DNA from: Macrostomum hystrix
Taxonomy: Eukaryota > Animalia > Platyhelminthes
Assembly: GCA_950097015.1 (NCBI GenBank)
Contig: CATNEN010000038.1
Coordinates: 21,266,001-21,330,000, forward strand
Direction: 5' to 3'
Length of the DNA: 64,000 bases
Below are positions 36,659 through 47,342 of the stretch, piece by piece. Positions within the stretch are counted from its first letter, which is position 1. The number at the start of each line of letters is the position of its first letter. A model generated the notes under the pieces. It did no database searches. It was not told where the DNA came from and saw only the letters and a program-made list of their open reading frames with translations. The position numbers and the translations under genes are program-made.

Positions 36659-38420
36659 TTATTCTCGCCGAGTAGGCCGCCGGAACGGCCTAGCCCGACA
36701 GCCGAATCGCAGCTGGCCGCTCTCCTTGCGGCCGCCGAGTCCGCCGCCAAGTCGCCTCGGAACCCAACCGGGCTGACTGAGCGAGCGCTCCCGGTCCAGC
36801 AGCACAGGCCGGCCTAGGATCTGGCATGTGGAAATGTTTTTAACGCTTTTTGACGACTCTACTGCAAGTAGGATAAGTAGGATTTTTGTTGATGATTAAT
36901 TTCCAAGTTAATGGGAAGATTATTTATGGGGCGATCTTATCATGTTCTCACCGAGGCGCCGTCGCAGCAATGCAGAGCTCTGCCAGCCGCGTCAGCGCTG
37001 TCGAATCGCACGAAGCCGTACCGTCTGGAGTGGCCGGTGGCCCAGTCGCGCACCAGTCTGCAGGCCGACACTTGCAGGCCGCAGGATTCGAACAGGCGAC
37101 GCAGGTCGGATTCCTCCGCAGCCGGATCTAGCCGGCCAACAAAGATGACACTGTCGGCAAACTCGGTTGCAGCTTCCGTCAGTTGTCCGTCATCATCAGC
37201 GCTGTCAACCGCCAGATGGACTCCCAGAAGGTGCAGTTGAGAAGGCTCGAGTCGGTAACTGGATTGGGCCAGGACGGCTCGTCGAATGGCTCTGTCGTGC
37301 GGTCCCGCTGACACACTACCGTCAGCGTTGCCTAGGCAACGAGTCAATGTATTTAATTTCATGTTTTCTAAGAACTCACTAATTGTCAATTGTTTCCATG
37401 GCAGACAATTATTTTTGCTGCATCCGAACGGATCCAAGCATCCAACGTTTTGTTGCGCATCTTCTGAAACAATTATCAAGTCGTCAGCCCTTCAGACTGT
37501 CGAGAAATTCGACGGTTCTGGCCGAAGGTTTGATTTTTCAATTAATAGCTATAGTGTAATTCATACCCCTATATACAAACTTGCACTAGGCCTCATTGCG
37601 GCCATGCCAGGCCTTCAAACTGGCGTGCCAGCTGATAAAGCACGTCACCCGAATGTGCCTGCATCATCTCCGACTTCGGTGGTCACCTACCTTTATCTAG
37701 ACGGAGCTGCTGTACCTTCAACAAGTAATAGCAGAGTTTTGGCCTATATCGAAGCTTCATCAGTGAAAATAGAAAAATGTGAAGCAGACACATTCGGGTG
37801 GCGCTGATAAAGTTTAAAGGCCAGGCAAAGGGTGTCTAGGTGTGTATGAAATACACTAGCTCTTATGGGAAAAATCATACATTCGACCAGAACCATTAAA
37901 TATCTCGACGGTGTGAAGGGCTGGCGACTTAATTCTTGTTTAGGAAGATGCGCAACAAAAAGTTGGCCTGTGTGCTTGACTTGGTCTGTTTGGCTGCAGC
38001 AAAAATAATTTTCTGGGAGCCAGTAGTATAAAAACGGGCAGCAAAATGGCTTGACAGTCCTACTGTTAAGGCCGACGACACAATTTCTAGTTAAAATTGT
38101 GCCTTAGCTAAAATCCACTATTTACCTGCCATCACTGGGTCATAGAAGCTGTCAAGGATTGGACACCAATGTCGAATCGGATCAAACTGAATTGAACCAG
38201 TGTGCTTAATTTGCACTGGCTCATTGTGCTCCAGGTGACTTTTTGAATTTGCAGAAGAATGAAGTCTGTCTGAACCTTTTGTCTCCTTGAAATCATTGTC
38301 TCGAACTTTTTTATGTTCTTTTTTATCCTTCTTTGACTTACTTTTCTTTTTCTTACTCTTCTTATCTTTTTTGTGCACTTTGTAATCTTTCTCTTGTTTT
38401 GATTTCTTTTCTTTGCTCAT
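36659..38420 (-). CDS. SNRNP35: U11/U12 small nuclear ribonucleoprotein 35 kDa protein (minor spliceosome)
   Basis: Exons 38420-38126, 37331-36952, 36820-36659 (phases 1, 0). [15 protein letters not shown]|NADG...[17 protein letters not shown]...[19 protein letters not shown], and the diagnostic [30 protein letters not shown]. Lys-rich N-terminal extension. Upstream 24-nt micro-exon 38516-38493. Confidence 0.9.
37410..38010. mobile_element. Foldback / inverted pair of a dispersed repeat in SNRNP35 intron
   Basis: Arm about 37440-37670 and arm about 37780-37970 are diverged reverse complements (ttgttgcgcatcttc...aagtcgYcagcccttca...gtcgaga...ggttctgg...cacccgaatgtg). A third copy lies at 5180. 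Confidence 0.75.
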
Positions 38421-39632
38421 GCTTCTGGCTTGTTGCTGAAAATTTGAAACAAAAATATTTGTGTTTAGAAGCACACTTAAAAGACAACTCACTTTTGGGT
38501 TTACTATATTTAGTTGCTAAAATATAAACTACAATAGTGGCTTTATAAATTAAGCATTAGATTCCAAGTTATCTAGCAATTTATCTAGCAATATATAGCA
38601 AGTTATCTAATTGGATATTATATTAGGCATATTGTATTAACTGACTTATACAGACATTCAGTACATTAAAATTAAACATTTATAGCTGCTGATGAACACA
38701 TGCTAATAATGCAATTTCGTCCAGAATATTGCAACATAAGGTAAGGCTTATAGCAATCAAATTCCCCACTTCTGTGTCCTTTTTACAACATACAACCATA
38801 GCCTAACTTTTATTGTGCTAGATATAAGTGAATATAATATACTTTCTGATTAATATTTTATACTTTTTGTGAGGCCTAGCTAAAATGAAAAATGAAAAGC
38901 TAAAAATATTATTTTAAGATTTTGAATTATGACTAGTCATTTAATGAAAGGGTTAGAAACAACACATATATACAGAGTATATATATAGGCTAGAGTGAAA
39001 CAATATATATGCTTTATACAAAACAAACTGGCTAAACAGAAGCACATGATGCCTTCCGAAGATGGAAATGGAGTAGCAATTTAGTTTAACTAAAATTGCC
39101 CACACAAAGTTCCAATTGCATTTAACGATTTGTTATTGTTACAACACATTTTCTGGGTGACATATGTAATGTACAAATTAATTCTTTCATTGCTTAGCTG
39201 TTAGCTGTAACATATAGTAGTAGTTTTAGTAGTTCAATAGTAAATAGTTTTCGTTTTTTAGTTTTAATTAAAACCATAACCATGGCATAATGTTTTTGAA
39301 GTACACTTTAAGTCTAAAGTAACTTAAGCCTAATTATAATAAATGTGTAAAACAACAATATTTTATATGCATACCAGAATTTAATTTTTAGTTGCAAATA
39401 GTATAGCCAGTCTTATTCTCCTAATCAATCTTAAAATATATATGTAGCATAAATATAGTAATACATGTATAAATGTATAATGTATGCATGTATATAAATA
39501 TAAATATATAAATGTATAAATCTGTTGTAAAAATCGAATAAATGTAATAAACACTCATTCACGAACTCTAGACCGTGCATAATTATTTGTTTTTTTATAA
39601 ATCAAAATCCCCAAAGCCCAGTTCGTAGAAAG

Positions 39633-39941
39633 TGTAGTGCGGCTGGAAATGTTCTTTTAAAATTGCGCTAAATATTTAATTGTTGCTATACAGTAACTAT
39701 AGCGATTGCAAATAACATTATTATGTTATTAATTTCTACTTTTATGACCCTTGAAAATAATGCAAATATTAATTATAAATTATTTTAATCGTTGTCTAAT
39801 TAAAATATAATCGCACCAGTTTGAAAAGCGCGCTGCAAGCGATTGTAAGTGTAAGGCGCGGCGCGGCGTGTAAACTGAAGACGTTAAATTGCTGTAGTAA
39901 AACTGTTTAAATTCGCGGCCTTCAAACCCAGTTATACTACA
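39633..39941 (+). repeat. 5' LTR
   Basis: Direct repeat of 46148-46456. Confidence 0.95.
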
Positions 39942-39968
39942 TTTGGCGACCACGCCAGCTCTACTATT

Positions 39969-41162
39969 ATGTGGAACGACCAGAACCTGGATGACGACGA
40001 TTTTTTGGAACTCCGAGGTCGACTTGTGAGACGTCAAAACGGGCACGCTATTGACGCCACGGCAGCCGCAGCGTCATTCTATGAACCATCTGAATCCATG
40101 AGTGCGCGGTCACACTATCACTCTACCGGCCAGGCGACAAACCCGTTTCTGTCATCCGAGAATGTACGAGAGACAGAGATGCGGCATGCTCCGGTTTCAT
40201 TAATATCGACAAACCCATTCCTGCCGCAGTTTGACCAGCATCCTCCAGCATTGAATCACCCGTTTTTCCAGTCGCCTCATCAGCAACATTGCCAACAGTT
40301 GTCAGAATATCAGGTTCAGCCACAGCGTTGTGTCCTGCCGCCAGTGCCAAAACCAGCTGCGTACAACGGTCGAGAGGATTTTGATGACTTTCTATTGCGA
40401 ATTGGCGCCTACATGGGCCGTTTTCCCGGCCTTTTAGATTCAGACAAGGTCAGTACTCTGACGTCCTATCTTGGACCTGCTTTCATAACGTACACCACAT
40501 GGCTGGCGATGCAGTGCGCCCATTTTGGCCTCCCACCGAGCACAACACCGGACCAGCTGCCGGAACTTTCTTACGAGAACCTGGTCGAGCACCTCCGATC
40601 GCGTCACGGTGGCTCGAAAAGTGCTGCTCTTATTCGTCGCGAATTCCGTGCCCGGCAGCGTCGCCCCGAAGAGCGATTCGAGACATACCTGACGGAGCTA
40701 CAGCGATTGGCGGCAAGGGCCTACCCGGACGTGAGAGCTCAAGCCTACGTACAGCAGATGGTCCTCGAGCAGTTCATGCACGGGCTCAACGACAACTATG
40801 TCACGGAGAGACTGCTGAACCAGCCAGTACCGCCAGGGACTGCGGAGCAAGCACTGCGAATTGCCCAACAGTTTCGCGAGACGCAGGCATACATGGCTAC
40901 TGCCAGTAGCAGCACTGGATCAGGACGAGTATTTAGCAGTGAGTTTCTGCCAAAAAGCTTGCCAGTGCCACCTAAAGCTTCGGTGCAGCCTAAGCAACCT
41001 ATTAACCAGCGGCCGATCTCATCTGAGAGGCGTGAGCAGCATCAGCCAGTAGCTGCAGGCCCAGTCTGTTTCGGCTGTAGTCGACCAGGCCACATCCGAC
41101 GCAACTGCCCAAACGCCGAGGGGGCTGGTCCACGAGGCCAGCACTGGCCCTCTCAGCACTAA
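39969..41162 (+). CDS. gag: Gypsy Gag
   Basis: YNGREDFDDFL, RQRRPEERFETYLTELQRLA (MHR-like), zinc knuckle CFGCSRPGHIRRNC. Confidence 0.92.
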   Translation: MWNDQNLDDDDFLELRGRLVRRQNGHAIDATAAAASFYEPSESMSARSHYHSTGQATNPFLSSENVRETEMRHAPVSLISTNPFLPQFDQHPPALNHPFFQSPHQQHCQQLSEYQVQPQRCVLPPVPKPAAYNGREDFDDFLLRIGAYMGRFPGLLDSDKVSTLTSYLGPAFITYTTWLAMQCAHFGLPPSTTPDQLPELSYENLVEHLRSRHGGSKSAALIRREFRARQRRPEERFETYLTELQRLAARAYPDVRAQAYVQQMVLEQFMHGLNDNYVTERLLNQPVPPGTAEQALRIAQQFRETQAYMATASSSTGSGRVFSSEFLPKSLPVPPKASVQPKQPINQRPISSERREQHQPVAAGPVCFGCSRPGHIRRNCPNAEGAGPRGQHWPSQH

Positions 41163-44100
41163 GACATTTGGCCTCCGTTCCACGCCCCAGCAGCTGCCAG
41201 CCTAGTAATGCACGCTTCGTGACCGCGCGCATCTTCAGACGACGACGCCACTGCCTGATCGATACCGGAGCAGAGGTGTCCTGCATCAGTGCCAACATCT
41301 GTCAGAAGGCCAGGCGGCGGCTGCAGCCCAGCAACATCACCATCAAAGGCGTGGACGGAAACTTACAACCTGTGCTGGGTGAGACAACTGCGATACTGCA
41401 GATTGGAACTGTGAGAATTCAGCATCGTTTTGTTGTGCTAGAGAAGCTGTATCCAGCATCAGTCATCCTAGGCTGCGACCTACTAAGTGAGCATGACATC
41501 TCCATTCACCTACAAGCTGGCTGCATCACATTCAATCGCGTGAATGTTTCAGTCCCTATTCGGCAAAGCAAGGAAGCACCACAGACTTGCAGGCTGGTGT
41601 CAGCGGCCTCTGTGCAACTGCAGCCTGGACAGCACTGGATCATTCCCATCAAACCAGCGCAGCCTACCTCTTGGACTCAGTCAGCAGCCCCAGGCATCAT
41701 CACAGGGACAAAGCGGCAAGGCCTTCTGCTGGCTCGCTGCATTGCAAAGCTTGCTGACAGTGGCATGGGGTTGGCAGCAATCAACATCAGTGACCAGATG
41801 ATCAGCATCACGGACGGTGACGCCATCGGTAACTTCTCGCCATTAGGAAGTCAGCCGCTTATCCACTTAGCCCCCGCTGGCTCATCGGCGATAGCGGCGG
41901 CTGTCGTCGGTTCAACAGCGACAGTGGCGACCACTGCAGCCAGCAAGGTTGCTAGAGACATGACATTCGTAGCATCAGCTTCAGTAGTGGCGCGCCCACC
42001 AGCTGAATGGCTTAGTAGCATCCAAATCGAACCCAGCATCTCGGCTGAAGAGCAACAGTCTGTCAAGGAGCTGCTATTGGAGTTCACCGACGTCTTCGCG
42101 TCACCTGGCAGCACCGGACAGACTGCCATCTTGCGTCACCGCATCGACACGGGTGTGGCACAACCGATTCGGCAGGGCCTTCGACGAGCGGCGCGCCCCG
42201 TCATCGACAAGCAGGCAGAGCTAGTCGACGACATGCTGGCCAAGGGGGTCATTCGACCGTCATCATCGCCATGGGCGTCGCCAATCGTGCTAGTTAAGAA
42301 GAAGGACGGAACAGCTCGGTTCTGCTTGGACTATCGGTTGCTCAACGAAGTCACCAAGCCAGACGCTTTCCCGATCCCACGCATCGATGACACTCTGGAC
42401 GCGCTGGAAGGCAACGCCTACTTTTCGGCACTCGACCTGGAGAGTGGTTATTGGCAGGTCGAGGTCGATGAGCGCGACAAAGAGAAAACTGCCTTCATCT
42501 GTCATCAGGGCCTCTTTGAATTTAATGTCATGCCGTTTGGGCTCCGAAACGCACCAGCCACATTTCAACGACTTATGCAACTTGTCCTCCAAGGCCTGAC
42601 CTGGCAAGCCTGTCTGGTCTTCATCGATGATGTCATCATTATGGGCCGGACAATCGCTGAGCATAATGATCGGCTGCGGGCAGTGCTCGAGCGTCTGCGG
42701 GAGGCAAACTTGCGGCTGAAGCCATCTAAGTGCCGTTTTGCCAATACGTCAATGATTGCCCTCGGCCATCGAGTCTCAAAGGCCGGCATCGCCATGGACG
42801 AATCGAAGACGGCGGCCGTTCGCGATTGGCCGACACCGCGAAATTCCAAGGAGGTCAAGAGTTTCCTGGGCCTTACATCTTACTATCGGCGATTCGTCCG
42901 GGACTACTCTAAGATCGCCGAACCGCTTCGACGCCTGACCCTGCCGACGGAGAGATTTCAGTGGACACCGGCAGCGGAGGCTGCATTCAACGAGTTGAAG
43001 GTGGCACTGACATCGGCACCGATCCTAGCCTTTCCGGACACCAGCCCGACCAGCTCCGAGTACATTTTGGACACGGACGCCAGTGATTGCGCCGTCGGCG
43101 CGGTGCTTTCCCAGGTGCAGGCGGGCGTGGAGCGTGTCATTGCGTACTCCAGCCGAGCGCTTTCGAAGGCCGAACGAAACTACTGCGTCACAAGGCGAGA
43201 ACTGCTCTCGGTCGTTGAGCACGTCAGGAAGTTTCGGACTTATCTGCTGCCTAGAAGGTTCACTGTGCGCGTCGATCACCAGTCCTTGACGCACCTGCTG
43301 ACATTCAAGGAGCCCGAAGGGCAGCTGGCGCGGTGGCTCCAGGTGCTTGACGAGTTCGACTTCAAGGTGGTTTTCCGACCGGGACGGCAGCACAACAACG
43401 CCGACTCTCTCTCTCGACGTCAGCAGCGATGCACTAACCAGTGTAGAGTCTGCCGGCCAGATCCAGCAATCACAAGCAAGGTGACTTCCGCAGTGGCCTG
43501 TCAGACCGACGACAAAGTCGAGCCAGCTGTCGTCGTCAGGGTCAACGTGGCGTCTGCAGGGCAGTCAGGACCGACTGGAGCTCGCCCGGCAGCCGTGACG
43601 GAAGTCACCAACGTCAGTGCCCTGCAGTCAAGGCGCAAGCAGGAGCTTCGGCCTTTACCGAATGAGAGTGAAGAAGAGAGCAGTGAAGACGAGGCACCTG
43701 AAGACAGCAAAGCACCAGCGGACTGCGGCGCGGCGCAGCCGTTGCGCACGCAGCAGCTTCATGATCCAATCATCGGCCCGGTGTTCCGGCTACTTTCCGA
43801 CGGAAAATCTAAGTTCAGCGAGCAGCAGCGAGATCGTGTGCCACCTGAGAGCTTATTACTGGCTCAGAAGGGGCATGAACTCTGCTTCGTGAATGGCATT
43901 ATGCATCGGCTGATCAACTCGAAGCCTGTACCCGTCGTGCCCTGCAGCCTGCAACGCGGGATCATCGACGAAATACACGGCATCGGCCATCTGGGTGAAG
44001 ACAAGACGCTAGCCAGCTTGAAGATGCGGTACTACTGGCCGAAGATGGCTGACAGCGTCCGGCTGGCAGTCCGTTCCTGTGAAGCGTGCCAGCGAGCCAA

Positions 44101-45094
44101 GACGCCTGTCATCAAGCGCGCACCGCTGCAGTCCATCGCAGCTGGTTTTCCGATGCAGCGCGTCGGTTTTGACGTGGTGAAGGTCGGCGTCTCCAAGAAC
44201 GGCAACGATCGACTGCTTACAATCGTTGATTATTTTAGCAAATGGGTGGAGCTGGTGCCAATTCCTGACGAGAAGGCTACAACCATCGCCGCAGCGCTTT
44301 TCAACAACTGGATTGCGCGGTGGGGCGCTCCGCACATTCTCCACTCCGATCGTGGTCGGAGCATCGACGGCCGCATCATCCGCAGCCTCTGCAAGCTGCT
44401 GGACATCAGCAAGACCCGGACGTCCGGTTACCACCCGCAGTGTGATGGCCTTGTTGAGAGATTCCACCGCACTCTTCATCACATGCTGCGCTGCCACCTT
44501 CAAGCAGTCGACCCGTTGGACTGGGAGGACGTTCTGCCACATTGCCTTCTGGCTTACCGGAGCAGCATCAATGCGACAACTGGATTTTCTCCGCACTTCC
44601 TGATGACCGGCCGGGAGGTGGTGCTGCCGCTTGATGTGGTCTATCGGGTTCCGGAGCCCCCAGCGATCGTCGGCCAGTACGCGGCGGAGACAGTTTACAG
44701 GCTCCAAGACGCCTTCGACACCGTGCGGAGAGCGACCGGGACAGCTCAGCGACGACAGCGACGCTACTACGACTTGAAGGCCCAGAAGCGCAAGTTCCGC
44801 GCTGGAGACACCGTGTGGCTTTTTGTGCCGCCTGCCGTGCTGTCCAGGACCAACGGCCTGCCCCCTAAACATCAGGCGCCATGGACAGGACCCTTCAAAG
44901 TTCTATGCAGGACCTCGCCGGTGAACTACCTGGTGCGGCCAGTCGATTACAAGGACGGAGAGGTCAAAGGGCGCGTCGTGCACGTGAACAAGTTGAAACG
45001 AGCGCACCAGCCCCGCCCCGCTGACGGTCAGCAGGACGAGGCGGTCAGTGACGTCAGCACCGACGCCCTCGACGCTGATTGGGTGCTTGTGTAA
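41108..45094 (+). CDS. pol: Gypsy Pol (PR-RT-RNase H-IN), in the -1 frame relative to gag
   Basis: LIDTGA protease; SPWASP, LDLESGYWQ, MPFGLRNAP, FIDD reverse transcriptase; TDAS, RELL RNase H; H-H-C-C, DYFSKW, HSDRG, LVERFH integrase; WTGPF. The frame is open from the slippery site at 41108. Confidence 0.95.
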   Translation, partial: PKRRGGWSTRPALALSALRHLASVPRPSSCQPSNARFVTARIFRRRRHCLIDTGAEVSCISANICQKARRRLQPSNITIKGVDGNLQPVLGETTAILQIGTVRIQHRFVVLEKLYPASVILGCDLLSEHDISIHLQAGCITFNRVNVSVPIRQSKEAPQTCRLVSAASVQLQPGQHWIIPIKPAQPTSWTQSAAPGIITGTKRQGLLLARCIAKLADSGMGLAAINISDQMISITDGDAIGNFSPLGSQPLIHLAPAGSSAIAAAVVGSTATVATTAASKVARDMTFVASASVVARPPAEWLSSIQIEPSISAEEQQSVKELLLEFTDVFASPGSTGQTAILRHRIDTGVAQPIRQGLRRAARPVIDKQAELVDDMLAKGVIRPSSSPWASPIVLVKKKDGTARFCLDYRLLNEVTKPDAFPIPRIDDTLDALEGNAYFSALDLESGYWQVEVDERDKEKTAFICHQGLFEFNVMPFGLRNAPATFQRLMQLVLQGLTWQACLVFIDDVIIMGRTIAEHNDRLRAVLERLREANLRLKPSKCRFANTSMIALGHRVSKAGIAMDESKTAAVRDWPTPRNSKEVKSFLGLTSYYRRFVRDYSKIAEPLRRLTLPTERFQWTPAAEAAFNELKVALTSAPILAFPDTSPTSSEYILDTDASDCAVGAVLSQVQAGVERVIAYSSRALSKAERNYCVTRRELLSVVEHVRKFRTYLLPRRFTVRVDHQSLTHLLTFKEPEGQLARWLQVLDEFDFKVVFRPGRQHNNADSLSRRQQRCTNQCRVCRPDPAITSKVTSAVACQTDDKVEPAVVVRVNVASAGQSGPTGARPAAVTEVTNVSALQSRRKQELRPLPNESEEESSEDEAPEDSKAPADCGAAQPLRTQQLHDPIIGPVFRLLSDGKSKFSEQQRDRVPPESLLLAQKGHELCFVNGIMHRLINSKPVPVVPCSLQRGIIDEIHGIGHLGEDKTLASLKMRYYWPKMADSVRLAVRSCEACQRAKTPVIKRAPLQSIAAGFPMQRVGFDVVKVGVSKNGNDRLLTIVDYFSKWVELVPIPDEKATTIAAALFNNWIARWGAPHILHSDRGRSIDGRIIRSLCKLLDISKTRTSGYHPQCDGLVERFHRTLHHMLRCHLQAVDPLDWEDVLPHCLLAYRSSINATTGFSPHFLMTGREVVLPLDVVYRVPEPPAIVGQYAAETVYRLQDAFDTVRRATGTAQRRQRRYYDLKAQKRKFRAGDTVWLFVPPAVLSRTNGLPPKHQAPWTGPFKVLCRTSPVNYLVRPVDYKDGEVKGRVVHVNKLKRAHQPRPADGQQDEAVSDVSTDALDADWVLV

Positions 45095-46147
45095 GCGCAG
45101 GCTGGAGCAACCTTTTTTTCTCTTCGGACAGTCTTTGTCGTCTGGGCTGCTACTATCATCGCTGTATTGTTTTTCTTTGTTGAGCAGCGTTCTGATTGGG
45201 TGCGTGTTGCAGGCGAGTGGCCTGGTCGTCGGGCGTTCACTTGAGTGATGTTGAATTTTAGCAATTGTTTTGCATTTGCACTTTTTTTACATTGACCAGT
45301 GTCTTACAATTTTTTTAACTTTTACAAATCTTTTACAACCTGACTGCCGCGGATTGTTTCCGATCCGAGCAGTTTTTAATTCCTTGTTAGGAAAGCTTTA
45401 TCCTTAATACTCAATATCTAATTTCAATATTTCAATATTAATGTACATGTACGCTGTGCCGTTATTAATCTCTCGCATCCTGGAAACTCAGTCTGGGTGT
45501 GTACTGTAACACCCTGTTGTGATGCCCTTATGTAAAATTGCATTTTGAGGTTGGGTATATTTTTCTATTTTAACTGTTCTCGTTGCATTATGTTCGCCGT
45601 CAAATTGTTTTGATCTCGCGGTTTTTTTTCCTTTGTGTCAAATGCCCTCTGTGGCCTGCGGAAATCACTGTGTTCCCGTTGTTAAGCCATCTTGAGCACT
45701 TACTTGTATCTGTGTCGCGAACGTGTGCGAGTCAAGCAGTGCGAATTTTTCCCTGCGGCACCAGTCCACCTCTTGCCGGTCAACCCTTTGTTAACCAAAA
45801 CTCTTATCGTATTTGTTCGCGTCCGCCGTTCAGCGTGTCGTGCGTATTATCCCCTGCTCTTGAGCAAGGTGTTTAATGCTGTTGTTTTAATCGCTTTGAT
45901 ATTTTCTCATATCTGATACTTTCCTGTATTGTATGCTCTAGTTAGCGCATTCTCATGCGTGGATGTCTGGCCTTTTACGACCCTGCCTACTGCTAGTAGT
46001 GTGGTTGAGCCCAGCAAGGGTTATGCGTATTTCGTTCTGATTGCCGGATTTTGCGTTGAATGCCGCCCAGTTATTTTGTGCTCTCGTGTCTATCGTTGTC
46101 CGCGCCTGTTTGCAATGAGGACATTGCCTTGTCGTAGAGGAGTGTTG

Positions 46148-46456
46148 TGTAGTGCGGCTGGAAATGTTCTTTTAAAATTGCGCTAAATATTTAATTGTTG
46201 CTATACAGTAACTATAGCGATTGCAAATAACATTATTATGTTATTAATTTCTACTTTTATGACCCTTGAAAATAATGCAAATATTAATTATAAATTATTT
46301 TAATCGTTGTCTAATTAAAATATAATCGCACCAGTTTGAAAAGCGCGCTGCAAGCGATTGTAAGTGTAAGGCGCGGCGCGGCGTGTAAACTGAAGACGTT
46401 AAATTGCTGTAGTAAAACTGTTTAAATTCGCGGCCTTCAAACCCAGTTATGCTACA
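46148..46456 (+). repeat. 3' LTR
   Basis: Direct repeat of 39633-39941. Confidence 0.95.
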
Positions 46457-46669
46457 AAAGCTTTGATTGAATTTAACTACGACTGGCTGTGAACAGTGAA
46501 ACAAAATTTAATCAGGATATTCAGGTCAAGGACTACTAAAAGTGGATCGCACAAGCAATACCCTCCATTCGATTTCTTTCTCAATCATTAATTATGTTAA
46601 GAAATCGTTCACTCGCCTCCCTCCAAGGTAACAAATAATTTCCTTTCCCAGTCTCGCACGCAATACCCA

Positions 46670-46875
46670 CCCAGCCAATCACCTATTGGTGGAGAGTTAC
46701 CGTGACCGTGATCTGGCTGTCAAAAAAGCAGGTCAAGGCCGGGCTGTTCACGCGATGACAGCGTGAGCGCGTGACTCGGGCCCTATTTAAGCGATTGGTG
46801 CGGCGCGCAATTTCGAGCCGACCTTCGGTACCTTCATCTCCGACCTTTTTCGCGTGACTTTCTCCTATAAATTCA
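46670..46875. promoter_or_regulatory. CpG-rich candidate promoter, possibly bidirectional
   Basis: CCAAT boxes on both strands (46675, 46684, 46793), minus-strand ttaaatagggcc (46780) similar to the 34247 motif, plus-strand ctataaa (46865). May drive SNRNP35 across the Gypsy insertion. Confidence 0.35.
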
Positions 46876-47342
46876 CCTGCCGTTTGCGAAAATGTCGTTA
46901 TCGTCACCTTCCGCTCCAGTTTCATAAGCTCATCGGTTCTGGACTCTGTTCAGGACTCGGCGTGTTCGTGCATAGCATATACGCCGCCCTCGTATTCACG
47001 GGCTCATAGGCGCAGTCGTCGCATCACTCGACTTTGAAACGCTTTAAAATTGGCACTCACAAGCAAATAAATCAGTGCATTTTTCTATACTAAAAGTCAG
47101 CTATACTAAAAATAAAAATATTGGCTCTGTTTACGCGTATACGCCGCATTATATGTAACGATTTCACCGAATCCCGACATTTGCTGCTGGATTCACTTCA
47201 TGCTCATGCAGGACTTTAGCGGATGACTGCTAAATCTGCTGATTTAGCAGGATGGCGTGCATGATGAGACGGTTGCGTAATCTATACGACGGACTCGACA
47301 AGTTGTCGCTGCCACCGCCAATATGATCGCAGCTGCGCGCGT

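Larger units (their letters stand above)
39633..46456 (+). mobile_element. Full-length Ty3/Gypsy LTR retrotransposon
   Basis: 309-bp LTRs 39633-39941 and 46148-46456 (TGTAG...CTACA, one visible mismatch). 4-bp TSD aaag. PBS tggcgaccacg at 39944. Purine tract agaggag at about 46136. Intact gag and pol. Confidence 0.96.

Noticed and set aside
37286-37807. 173-aa plus-strand ORF
   Set aside because: Antisense to SNRNP35, runs through an intronic repeat, and has no domain features.
44009-44872. 287-aa antisense ORF in the integrase region
   Set aside because: Shadow of the GC-rich pol frame with no recognisable motif.
45095-46135. Possible env or third ORF in the Gypsy element
   Set aside because: Only short ORFs with non-ATG starts in T-rich sequence; no signal peptide plus transmembrane architecture.
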